A stretch of 33,410 nucleotides of DNA, from the IMG/VR virus record IMGVR_UViG_3300028396_000031, positions 1-33,410 of that record. The stretch is one strand, 5' to 3'. The stretch comes from a virus. Taxonomy: Duplodnaviria > Caudoviricetes. The number at the start of each line of letters is the position of its first letter. The first letter of the stretch is position 1. Positions 10,335 to 19,100 of this stretch are shown one piece after another. The position numbers were made by a program, and so were the translations under genes. A model generated the notes under the pieces. It worked only from the letters and a program-made list of their open reading frames with translations. It did no database searches and was not told where the DNA came from.

Positions 10335-12524
10335 TTAATTACCTTTATCTTCTCTTTGGTCTTTAGTTTTTTTAGGAAACTCTCTCAATACACCTCTCAT
10401 TGTCTGTGTCATTTTTCCCTGACTGAATAAACTGTTAACATGTGTTAGTTTGTATATTAATCCTCTTGTAGATTCTGTTCCGTCAGTAAACAAAGGATCT
10501 AATAATTTTGCACCACCGGTTTGTGCATCATAGTCTTCCATAGTTCTAAAGTTAACTCCGACTAATACGTCTTGACTGTCATAGTTAATAGAACCATCTG
10601 GCATAAATGCTCCAAACGTATTTCCACTGTCGTACATTATATCATTTTGCATAATATAATCTGGATCACCCATAACTGTCATTTCAAATGTTGCAAAATC
10701 AACTGTTGAATAAATTACCTCTGCGGCCTGTTCTGCAGGACTTGCAATAGCATCTGGTTGGCCCAAACCTGTTGTGTCTTGATTAACAAATGACTTAGGT
10801 GTGCTGTTTTCTATTTCAGGACCAAACTCCTGTTTGTCCAATGGTATCTTACCATCTACTGGAACAAAGTATGTCGCATTTAGATCTTGTTGATAATCTA
10901 ACACTTCTGTATTCTCTCCAGTAAACCAATAGTTATATGCTTTGTGTACTCCAGTAAAGTCTGATTTATTAAAATAAGGAGAGTAAGTTTCAACTACTTT
11001 TTTTGGTGATACTACGTATTCTATTTCGTAAGCATAGTCACCTCTTTTCTCGTCCCAGGCTATAGGACTAACATTTACACCTACGTGCCACCATTTCAAT
11101 GATTTAGAATAATCAGTTGATTGAGTCTGCGTACCATCGGGATTCTCAACCCATTTTTGTTGTTTCTGTGTCCACTCACTTGCCCTAAGTAGTATGTCAA
11201 TCAGTTGAGGAATTTGTTGTCCTGCAGGTATTGAAAATATTTGTCTTGTTTTATCCATCGATGTATTGTTCAACAGTGCATTTGCTGATCTACCCGAAGA
11301 TTGATTCATTGCTGTTCTATTCTTAAATGCTTTTTCTGCAACACCGGCTATAATTCTCTGTTTACCGATGTCACCTTTAAACGTAACTCGATATCGATCT
11401 GCTTGTTCAAATTGTCCTTTAGTTTTTAACTTGTCGGCTTGCTTGTTCAGTTCAACCATAATACCTTTAGTGATAGCTGAGCCGCCTGCTGAGTCTCGTA
11501 GTATACCCGGAGTAACTTTTCCTGGTTGTGGTCGTCCACCAAATGCTTGCGGGTAGTTATACACAGGTTCTTCTGTAATTGTTTGATCAAAGCTACGTTG
11601 TGTTTCAACAGACTTAGCATTAAAAATGTCTTCCATTGATTGCCCAAGTACTTCAACGTTGAAAGGAACTGTTGCTCGCTTTGCTGAAAGAGCTATGCCA
11701 TGATTAATTGCTATTGCTTGACAGTCGTATGTGATTGCTCCTGTAGCTACTTTTGAATTTATTTTTTGAAACATAAATGGAATAAACTTTGTCATTCTAT
11801 CGTCCATTTCGTCACTGACTTGTTTACCGTTTTCATCATAACCTTTATACTTAATAACCATGATGTAGTGCTGTCTTACAAAGTCTTTAAGACCGTTGTC
11901 TGCACATAAGTTTTTTAATTTAGTAAGAAATGTATATCCCATTGGCTCAATGATCTTAAATGACATTGTTAATACATTATGTGGTGCGGAATTTGCCGCT
12001 GGCATTAATCCTTGTATTTCTAAATCATCAATAAAAAGATCAGGAAAGATTGCGTCTTCGTTCACATTGTTTCCACCACTTTGTAATATCTTACTAAGTC
12101 CCTGTGTTGTTTTTTTACCTTCTGCTCTTAAACGACTATACTGTTCAGGACTTGCTAGATATAAACCAATGTTATACGTTAGCTGTGCATACTTAGTTGT
12201 TGGATTATCACTAGGATCAAACGCTTGTTCAAACGCTTGCTCAAAATTTACAAAGTTAGTACCACCAACAACTGCTACTGTTTCAGCTTTGTCGTCACTA
12301 CTGGCGGAACTACCATTTTCTAAAATGCCGTCTGTTAACGGATTTAAATTACCAACTTCCGCGGCGTCGTTGCGAATCTTAACAGTATCAGCATTTGCCT
12401 CTACTACAGTTTCTCCTGGAGGTGATCCTAAATGACTAGGATAAGGAGTTTGTGTTCCTGCTCCTTCTTTTTTTGCAAGAGCTTCACTGTCAACGATTGC
12501 ACCAGATGATGTACGTTCGGCCAT
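10335..12524 (-). CDS. Putative baseplate hub protein (gp27/VgrG N-terminal-like)
   Basis: 729-aa ORF between gp53-like and gp5-like genes. C-terminal FEMTVMGDP...GLIYKLTHVNSLFSQGKMTQTM resembles the ends of hub proteins. Assignment is mainly by synteny. Confidence 0.55.
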   Translation of the reverse strand: MAERTSSGAIVDSEALAKKEGAGTQTPYPSHLGSPPGETVVEANADTVKIRNDAAEVGNLNPLTDGILENGSSASSDDKAETVAVVGGTNFVNFEQAFEQAFDPSDNPTTKYAQLTYNIGLYLASPEQYSRLRAEGKKTTQGLSKILQSGGNNVNEDAIFPDLFIDDLEIQGLMPAANSAPHNVLTMSFKIIEPMGYTFLTKLKNLCADNGLKDFVRQHYIMVIKYKGYDENGKQVSDEMDDRMTKFIPFMFQKINSKVATGAITYDCQAIAINHGIALSAKRATVPFNVEVLGQSMEDIFNAKSVETQRSFDQTITEEPVYNYPQAFGGRPQPGKVTPGILRDSAGGSAITKGIMVELNKQADKLKTKGQFEQADRYRVTFKGDIGKQRIIAGVAEKAFKNRTAMNQSSGRSANALLNNTSMDKTRQIFSIPAGQQIPQLIDILLRASEWTQKQQKWVENPDGTQTQSTDYSKSLKWWHVGVNVSPIAWDEKRGDYAYEIEYVVSPKKVVETYSPYFNKSDFTGVHKAYNYWFTGENTEVLDYQQDLNATYFVPVDGKIPLDKQEFGPEIENSTPKSFVNQDTTGLGQPDAIASPAEQAAEVIYSTVDFATFEMTVMGDPDYIMQNDIMYDSGNTFGAFMPDGSINYDSQDVLVGVNFRTMEDYDAQTGGAKLLDPLFTDGTESTRGLIYKLTHVNSLFSQGKMTQTMRGVLREFPKKTKDQREDKGN

Positions 12525-12525
12525 A

Positions 12526-12825
12526 TTAGATTCCTAATGCAGTATTAAGTGTTGATTGTTTTGGAAGATATATTTTTAACCCGGCTTTAAAGTCCCATAT
12601 TGGGTCTTTAATAGCATTAGGATTACGTGAAGCAAATACCCACCATAGACCTGGGTCACCATACAAGTCGTTGGCTAATAAGTCTGGACGGTATTGGTAT
12701 GTTTGATTAAGTTCAACTATTTGGTCGTCTTCTTCTTTTGGAATATTACGATTAACCATAATGTCTAAGTATCCATCTGCCATTGCAGTTTCAAAATAAG
12801 GTGATGTTTGTTGATAAGTTGCCAT
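12526..12825 (-). CDS. gp53: Baseplate wedge subunit, gp53-like (LysM-like)
   Basis: YQYRPDLLANDLYGDPGLWWVFASRN...IYLP is the gp53/LysM-type motif. The ATG at 12825 overlaps the upstream stop (TAATG) and has AGAGGA upstream. The track start is 12831. Confidence 0.75.
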   Translation of the reverse strand: MATYQQTSPYFETAMADGYLDIMVNRNIPKEEDDQIVELNQTYQYRPDLLANDLYGDPGLWWVFASRNPNAIKDPIWDFKAGLKIYLPKQSTLNTALGI

Positions 12826-13991
12826 TACCATTGTCCTCTCTGTGATAGTCCTTGACCGCTAGCATAATCCTTAAGACTGAATTGTCTACTTTGTTCTTCT
12901 CTTGTTACTATTGGTAATAATATTATGCTTAATTCTATTTTTGTAGGAACATAAGTTGCTCCTGATTTTGCTAGATTTGTTCCTTCATTTGCTGTTCGAA
13001 ATCCTTGTTCAGCACCAACATCAGCACCTATACCAAATAGTCTGCCAATACGTGATGCAATTCCAAACATACCATAATTGCCTGAACCACCATTTAGTCT
13101 TGCTCTTGTTTGTTGTGCCTCAATACTTCCATACCCTGCTACACTTGTTCTGATGTAGTCCACATTATCTGGCAGAGAATAGTTAAATTGACTTACTACT
13201 GCTTTATGATAGTTAAATTGATCAGGACCAAATCCTGTAACACTTAATAGTGGAGGAGGTGTTCCTTTATTTTGATCTTGTCCATAAAACATTTTTGACG
13301 CAGATTTAAAAAAGTGTATGACTGCCATTAGATAATCTGCTTCTTCTGTTGACTGTGCTGTAAATGTAGCATTAATTTGTACGTCACTTATCTCACTGCT
13401 TTGATAAAAGTAAGTAGGATAATTAGAATGTGTTGGTGTTGTTTTATCATAGTTTGCACGATAGTTAACTAACACATTTGGTGTATATGGAAATATTACT
13501 CCATCTGTTTTTATTAACGGAGCAAGTATACTGTACTCATCGCCGTCTTTATATAATACATCACTGCCAGGCATCAGCCCAACTTTAAATCGCCAATCTT
13601 CAGAAAATGCTTTATTGCTAGCAGAAACATTTACAGTATCAGTTACTGATCCTAATTGTTTAATTTGTTGATTAGTTCCGGCTTGATCTGGGCCTGTTCC
13701 AGTAGGAGTACTAAAGTTTGGGCCTATCTGGTCACTTGGTGATATTGCACGGTCACCCGGAACCTGACTGCCTGTACCAACTCCAGTAAAGTCTGGCTGT
13801 GGTGCAGGTGCCGTAATAGCACGACTACCTGGTACTTGACTGCCTGTAGCAACTCCAGTAAAGTCTGGCTGTGGTGCAGGTGTCGTAATAGCACGTTCGC
13901 CTGGCACTTGGCTACCTGTAGCAACTCCAGTAAAGTTTGGAGCAACAGGTGCATTGTTTACTTTCTTTTCATTTATTGGATCTTGAGCCAT
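12825..13991 (-). CDS. Baseplate/tail-tube initiator-like protein (gp48/gp54-like) with N-terminal repeats
   Basis: GVIFPYTP...Y...THSNY...FTAQ...YLMAVIHFFKSASKMFYG...GTPPP...F.Y.LPDNVDY is a tube-fold, baseplate-cap-like pattern. Start 13991 (MAQDP) is preferred because AGAGGA precedes it. The track start is 14012. Confidence 0.6.
   Translation of the reverse strand: MAQDPINEKKVNNAPVAPNFTGVATGSQVPGERAITTPAPQPDFTGVATGSQVPGSRAITAPAPQPDFTGVGTGSQVPGDRAISPSDQIGPNFSTPTGTGPDQAGTNQQIKQLGSVTDTVNVSASNKAFSEDWRFKVGLMPGSDVLYKDGDEYSILAPLIKTDGVIFPYTPNVLVNYRANYDKTTPTHSNYPTYFYQSSEISDVQINATFTAQSTEEADYLMAVIHFFKSASKMFYGQDQNKGTPPPLLSVTGFGPDQFNYHKAVVSQFNYSLPDNVDYIRTSVAGYGSIEAQQTRARLNGGSGNYGMFGIASRIGRLFGIGADVGAEQGFRTANEGTNLAKSGATYVPTKIELSIILLPIVTREEQSRQFSLKDYASGQGLSQRGQW
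13743..13952 (-). repeat. Three tandem 72-bp (24-aa) coding repeats, PAPQPDFTGVATGSQVPGxRAITx
   Basis: GCACG anchors at 13747, 13819 and 13891 give a period of 72. The protein repeat is visible in the translation. Confidence 0.9.
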
Positions 13992-14014
13992 TCTATTTCC
14001 TCTGTTATACATAC

Positions 14015-14022
14015 TATTTATT
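14015..14022 (-). promoter_or_regulatory. Late promoter AATAAATA for the baseplate operon
   Basis: Late-motif variant at the head of the minus-strand structural operon. Confidence 0.6.
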
Positions 14023-14063
14023 TAAATAATTAACCCCCAATATAATAGATAAACCAAAAAAGG

Positions 14064-14091
14064 TTGACAGGGGCCTGTTTGGCTGTATAAT
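14064..14091 (+). promoter_or_regulatory. Sigma70-type promoter for the gp55-gp47-gp46 operon
   Basis: TTGACA (14064-14069), 16-nt spacer, TATAAT (14086-14091), A-rich UP region. SD AAGGAG at 14106-14111. Confidence 0.8.
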
Positions 14092-14120
14092 TAATAGTAA
14101 CTAATAAGGAGAATTGTGCA

Positions 14121-15029
14121 GTGGCTGAACAAAAAATTATGAGAGGTGGACGTAGAGTCAACTATCTTAACAACCGAGACATTCTTGCAGAAATACACAA
14201 AAGTAAGAAAACATATTGCAAATATCTTAACAAAGAAACAGATTCAGATTTTGATATTATTGTAGATGACGTTAAAAAGATTAACAAGACACGTATCAAA
14301 GAAGCTAGAACAAATAAAATTACTCGTGCTAAAAAAATTGACGGAGTTATTTTAGAACCTAAAGATGTTAGTGATCAAGAATTAGTATTTCGTGTTATGA
14401 CTTGGGAACATATCCCAATGGTTGATAAAAAGCCAACTAAAGCACAGTTAAAAAAACGTGCCAAGATAGAAGATATGTTTGACGACATTGAAGAAGCCAG
14501 AGAACAAGAAGATTATGGTATCACTGACCAGGTGCATACTAAATGTAATTTTCCTCCATTCAAACACTACAAAGTTGATGAAGAAGGAAATCCTGTGCTA
14601 GTAGGCAAAAGTCATTGGAAAGGTGATTTAGAAACAGGTAAGTTTTCAAAAGATCACGGTGAAATGACTATGAAACTAGCTAACATGTTTATTAAACTAT
14701 GTGAGCGTTATGCTACTAGATCAAACTGGCGTGGTTATACATACAATGAAGAAATGCGTGGACAGGCGTTATTGCAACTAAGTCAAATTGGTCTACAGTT
14801 TGATGAATCAAAATCAGATAATCCGTTTGCTTACTACACAGCGGCCATTACTAATTCGTTTACTCGTGTACTTAATATTGAAAAGAAAAACCAAAGTATC
14901 AGAGATGACATTTTAGAAATGAATGGATTGAATCCAAGTTGGACTAGACAAAACAGTGGTCCAGATAAAGCAGATCCAAATGGACAAGCTAAAGTAACAA
15001 CTACTAAGCCAAAAGAGTCGACAAAGTAA
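14121..15029 (+). CDS. gp55: Late-transcription sigma factor, gp55-like
   Basis: NYLNNRDILAEI at the N-terminus and MFIKLCERYATRSNWRGYTYNEEM...QFDESKSDNPFAYYTAAITNSF...IEKK are gp55 motifs. Lies upstream of gp47/gp46 as in T4-like phages. GTG start with SD. Confidence 0.88.
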   Translation: MAEQKIMRGGRRVNYLNNRDILAEIHKSKKTYCKYLNKETDSDFDIIVDDVKKINKTRIKEARTNKITRAKKIDGVILEPKDVSDQELVFRVMTWEHIPMVDKKPTKAQLKKRAKIEDMFDDIEEAREQEDYGITDQVHTKCNFPPFKHYKVDEEGNPVLVGKSHWKGDLETGKFSKDHGEMTMKLANMFIKLCERYATRSNWRGYTYNEEMRGQALLQLSQIGLQFDESKSDNPFAYYTAAITNSFTRVLNIEKKNQSIRDDILEMNGLNPSWTRQNSGPDKADPNGQAKVTTTKPKESTK

Positions 15030-15046
15030 ATTTAGGTCTGTATACT
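15018..15046 (+). promoter_or_regulatory. Sigma70-like promoter upstream of gp47
   Basis: TCGACA (15018-15023), 17 nt, TATACT (15041-15046). Confidence 0.55.
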
Positions 15047-15078
15047 TTAAGTATATTTTTTTATTCATAAAGGAAGGT

Positions 15079-16095
15079 ATGAGTAATTTATTTAAAAAGG
15101 CCGCAATCCTTACAGATATACATTTTGGATTAAAGTCTAACTCAACAACACACAACGAAGACTGTTTGAATTTTGTCAAATGGTTTATTACTAAAGCAAA
15201 ACAAGAGAATTGCGATACCTGTATCATGATGGGTGATTGGCACAATAACCGTGCCGCAATTAACATTGTTACTTTAAACTATAGCTTACAAGCAATTGAG
15301 TTACTAGGCGAAGCATTTGACAGAGTGTTTTTTATTCCTGGTAATCACGACTTATACTACAGAGACAAGCGTGATATTCAATCTGCATCATGGGCTAAAC
15401 ATATCAAAAATGTACACATCATGAATGACTTTCATTCAGAAGGTGATGTACAGTTTATACCTTGGCTAGTAGGCGACGAAGCTAAAAAGATTAAAAAAAT
15501 GGAAGGACGCTATGCGTTTGGACATTTAGAACTTCCTCACTTCTTTATGAATGCAATGGTACAAATGCCAGACACTGGCGAAGTACAGAGAGAAGACTTC
15601 CAAGGCTTAGAGTCAGTTTATACAGGGCACTTTCATAAAAGACAAAGTCATAATAATATTATCTATACTGGTAATTGCTTTCCTCACAACTATGCAGACG
15701 CAGGTGATGATGACAGAGGTATGACTATATTAGAATGGGGAGAAAGTCCTACATTCCATTCATGGCCAGATCAACCTAGATATAGAGTATATAACTTAGA
15801 TGAAATGTTGGCTAAACCAGATGAACTGTTATTAGAAAAAATGCACATTCGTGTCAATTTAAATATTGATATATCATATGAAGAAGCTAGTTTTATCAGA
15901 GAAGAATTTGTAGGCAAATACAAATTAAGAGAACTTACACTTATTCCTGTTAAAAAAGATATTATGGATTCGGTTGCAGAACCTGGAGAATTAAAGTTTG
16001 AATCGGTTGACACTATTGTAACAAATCAGTTAACTTCAATTGAATCAGATCACTATGATCCTAATATGTTATTAGAAATTTACAGAGATTTATGA
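15079..16095 (+). CDS. gp47: Recombination endonuclease subunit (Mre11/SbcD-like)
   Basis: Metallophosphoesterase motifs DIHFG, GDWH, GNHD and GHFH. Confidence 0.93.
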   Translation: MSNLFKKAAILTDIHFGLKSNSTTHNEDCLNFVKWFITKAKQENCDTCIMMGDWHNNRAAINIVTLNYSLQAIELLGEAFDRVFFIPGNHDLYYRDKRDIQSASWAKHIKNVHIMNDFHSEGDVQFIPWLVGDEAKKIKKMEGRYAFGHLELPHFFMNAMVQMPDTGEVQREDFQGLESVYTGHFHKRQSHNNIIYTGNCFPHNYADAGDDDRGMTILEWGESPTFHSWPDQPRYRVYNLDEMLAKPDELLLEKMHIRVNLNIDISYEEASFIREEFVGKYKLRELTLIPVKKDIMDSVAEPGELKFESVDTIVTNQLTSIESDHYDPNMLLEIYRDL

Positions 16096-16826
16096 TCTTA
16101 TATTCTAACTCATGTAGTTTTGGTGCTAGTGGGCAAGGACACAAAATTTATCCAGAAGTAGTTGCCGAATCATTATCTGCTGAACTACACAACAATGGCC
16201 GTAACGGAAGTTGTAATCGAAGAATAATACGAAGTAGTTTGCGTTCATTAATTGAACTTACAAAAACTAACAAAAAAATAACAGCATTGATTGGATTAAC
16301 GTTTCTTAGTCGAACTGAACTATGGCAACCTCACTTATCTGCTGTTGACAATGATGGTGACTTTCATAGCATTAGCAACCAAAAAATAATAGATTTAGAT
16401 TGGAGTAAAGGAATTAATAAAACAATTAATCCTAATGTACATGAATATGCAGACGACGAAGTAAAAGATTACTACAAGCATTGGTTAATTCATTACAGCA
16501 AAGAAGGTGCTATAACTGATTTAATATCTGATTTAATAATGTTACATAGTTTTGCCGTTAACAACAACATTAATATTTTAATATTTTCTAATTGTGAACG
16601 CTTTCCTGGGCATCCTGATGTAGATCGGCAAAGTCCTTTCTTGGCAAGTTTGTTAGACTATGTTAAACTAAACACTAATATTATAGATCCATGGGATTTT
16701 TCTTTTGCTGACTTTGCTTTAGAATTAGGACACACTCCTAAAGATGCTAAACAGTTTGGTCTCAATGGACATCCCGGTAAACAGGCTCATGAGGATTTTG
16801 GAAAGTACTTACTAAAATATGTTTAA
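16092..16826 (+). CDS. Hypothetical SGNH/GDSL-hydrolase-like protein
   Basis: ILYSNSCSFG (block I-like), NGRNGSCN (block II-like), NGHPGKQAH (block V-like). Overlaps the gp47 stop (ATGA) and the gp46 start. Confidence 0.55.
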   Translation: MILYSNSCSFGASGQGHKIYPEVVAESLSAELHNNGRNGSCNRRIIRSSLRSLIELTKTNKKITALIGLTFLSRTELWQPHLSAVDNDGDFHSISNQKIIDLDWSKGINKTINPNVHEYADDEVKDYYKHWLIHYSKEGAITDLISDLIMLHSFAVNNNINILIFSNCERFPGHPDVDRQSPFLASLLDYVKLNTNIIDPWDFSFADFALELGHTPKDAKQFGLNGHPGKQAHEDFGKYLLKYV

Positions 16827-18588
16827 ATTAAAAACACTTACAGTTAAAAACTTTATGAGTGTGGGTAATGCCACACAAGCAGTTAACTTTGACCGAAATG
16901 ATTTAACACTAGTACTTGGTGTTAACATTGACCTTGGAGGCGATGATAGTGGTGCTAGGAATGGTACAGGTAAAACCACTATCATTAACGCCCTTTCATA
17001 TGCACTGTATGGTCAAGCATTAACAAATATCAAACGTGATAACTTGATTAACAAAACTAATTCAAAAGGCATGCTAGTTAGTTTAGAGTTTGAGCATAAC
17101 GGTGTAACACATAAAATAGAACGTGGACGTAAAAAGAATGTAATGCGTTTTTATGTAGGTGACGAAGAGCAAGATATCACTGACATGGCACAAGGTGATA
17201 GTAGAGAAACACAAAAATATATTGAATCAATGCTTGGTATGAGTCATGAAATGTTTAAGCATTTAGTTGCATTAAACACTTATACTGATCCATTTTTAAA
17301 CTTACGTGCCAACGATCAAAAAGATATTATTGAGCAGTTGCTTGGTATTACAATGCTAAGTGAAAAAGCAAACAATCTTAAAGAACGCCTTAAAGAAACT
17401 AAAGATAAGATTAAAGAAGAAGAAATAAGAATTGATGCTGAACGTGATGCCAATGAAAAAATGAAAGAACAAGTAGAAAGTCTCAAACGTAGACAAACAA
17501 TGTGGGCTAATAAAAAGAAAGAAGACGTAGATAGCTTTACAATAGCAATTACAAACTTAGAAAAAATTGATATCGATAAAGAACTTGATAGTCACAAACA
17601 ACTTGCTATACACAATCAAAACAAAAAAGATCATGATGATCTTACTGATGCTGTCAATCGTGCTAATCGTGATATTGCTAAAGAGCAGGGTAATGTTGAC
17701 AAACTAGAACAAGACATTGTGTTACTTAAAGAACATAAGTGTCATAGCTGTGGACAAGAAATACATGACGAAAAGCATGAGGAACAGTTAAAGGATAAAC
17801 AAGATACTTTAGTTAGAGTGCAAGATGATATTACAAAGCACACAGAGACCTTACAACAGCTCACAGACGCATTAAATGAACTAGGTGACGTTGGCTTTGC
17901 TCCAGAAGTATTTTACACAAACGAGTCAGATGCTTTTGAACATAAGAATTCAATTACTACGCTAGAAGCACAGTTAAATTCAAAACAAGACGAAGCTGAT
18001 CCTTATGTTGAGCAAATTAAAGAAATGGAAGAAAGTTCAACGCAAGAGCCTAGCTACGAAACAATTAACGAACTTACTAAATTACGAGAACATCAAGAGT
18101 TCTTACAAAAACTATTAACTAATAAAGATTCATTTATTAGAAAACGAATAATTGATCAAAATCTAAGTTATCTTAACGCACGACTAAGTTATTATCTTGA
18201 TAAGATCGGACTGCCACATACAGTCACCTTCCTTAACGATCTATCAGTAGAGATTACAGAACTTGGTCGTGAGTTAGATTTTGACAATTTAAGTAGAGGC
18301 GAGCGTAACAGATTGATACTTTCGCTGTCATGGAGTTTCCGAGATGTTTATGAAAGTCTCTACGACCCTATTAACTTACTATTCATTGATGAATTGATTG
18401 ATTCGGGCATGGACGCCAGTGGTGTAGAAAGTGCCCTTGCAATTCTTAAGAAAATGAGTCGTGAGCAAAACAAGTCAATTTGGTTAGTGTCACACAAAGA
18501 TGAATTATCAGGACGTGTCAATAACATTATGACTGTTACAAAAGAAAACGGCTTTACTACATACGGTACAGACGTAGAATCGGTATAA
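16819..18588 (+). CDS. gp46: Recombination ATPase subunit (Rad50/SbcC-like)
   Basis: Walker A NGTGKTT, coiled coil with CHSC zinc hook, signature LSRGE, Walker B LLFIDE, D-loop SGMD, H-loop VSH. Confidence 0.95.
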   Translation: MFKLKTLTVKNFMSVGNATQAVNFDRNDLTLVLGVNIDLGGDDSGARNGTGKTTIINALSYALYGQALTNIKRDNLINKTNSKGMLVSLEFEHNGVTHKIERGRKKNVMRFYVGDEEQDITDMAQGDSRETQKYIESMLGMSHEMFKHLVALNTYTDPFLNLRANDQKDIIEQLLGITMLSEKANNLKERLKETKDKIKEEEIRIDAERDANEKMKEQVESLKRRQTMWANKKKEDVDSFTIAITNLEKIDIDKELDSHKQLAIHNQNKKDHDDLTDAVNRANRDIAKEQGNVDKLEQDIVLLKEHKCHSCGQEIHDEKHEEQLKDKQDTLVRVQDDITKHTETLQQLTDALNELGDVGFAPEVFYTNESDAFEHKNSITTLEAQLNSKQDEADPYVEQIKEMEESSTQEPSYETINELTKLREHQEFLQKLLTNKDSFIRKRIIDQNLSYLNARLSYYLDKIGLPHTVTFLNDLSVEITELGRELDFDNLSRGERNRLILSLSWSFRDVYESLYDPINLLFIDELIDSGMDASGVESALAILKKMSREQNKSIWLVSHKDELSGRVNNIMTVTKENGFTTYGTDVESV

Positions 18589-18625
18589 AATTTTCCAGGG
18601 GGTAGCATACCTGACTAAATGTATT

Positions 18626-19099
18626 ATGCTACACAATTCTAATAAAGGAACTATATTGTCATACGAAAATCCATGGATGTATCAGGATGCTGTCTTTGAA
18701 ACAGAAGACATTGGTGAGATGTACGGTTTCGTTTATAGAATTACAAATACCACTAATGGGCATGACTATGTTGGGAAGAAGTTTTTCTGGACAGTAAAGA
18801 AACGCCCACCACTCAAAGGCAAGAAAAATAAAAGAAGATCAACTGTTGAAACGGACTGGAAGACCTACTGGGGATCTAGTGACCGTTTGACCCGCGATAT
18901 AGAAAACTTAGGCAAAGAAAAATTCTCAAGGCAAATAATCCACTTATGTAAGGCAAGAGGTGAAACAAATTACATGGAAGCCTATTATCAGTTTAAAGAA
19001 AATGTATTACTACGTGATGACAATTACAATGGTATTATAAACATTAGACTTGGTATTGGCAGTGTAAAGAATATACTCGTAGAAGACTTAAACAAATAA
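18626..19099 (+). CDS. Stand-alone GIY-YIG family endonuclease (catalytic domain only)
   Basis: YGFVYRITNTTNGHDYVGKK (GIY-YIG motif), YWGSS, conserved E (NYME) and N (NYN). A basic insert KKRPPLKGKKNKRRS. An in-frame TTG at 18656 with AAAGGAA upstream may be the true start. Confidence 0.8.
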   Translation: MLHNSNKGTILSYENPWMYQDAVFETEDIGEMYGFVYRITNTTNGHDYVGKKFFWTVKKRPPLKGKKNKRRSTVETDWKTYWGSSDRLTRDIENLGKEKFSRQIIHLCKARGETNYMEAYYQFKENVLLRDDNYNGIINIRLGIGSVKNILVEDLNK

Positions 19100-19100
19100 T

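Noticed and set aside
1056-13153. Short plus-strand ORFs in the track opposite the baseplate genes
   Set aside because: They are antisense shadows of long genes and have no RBS or recognisable motifs.
13743-13952. CRISPR-like array
   Set aside because: The repeats are contiguous, in frame and coding, with no unique spacers.
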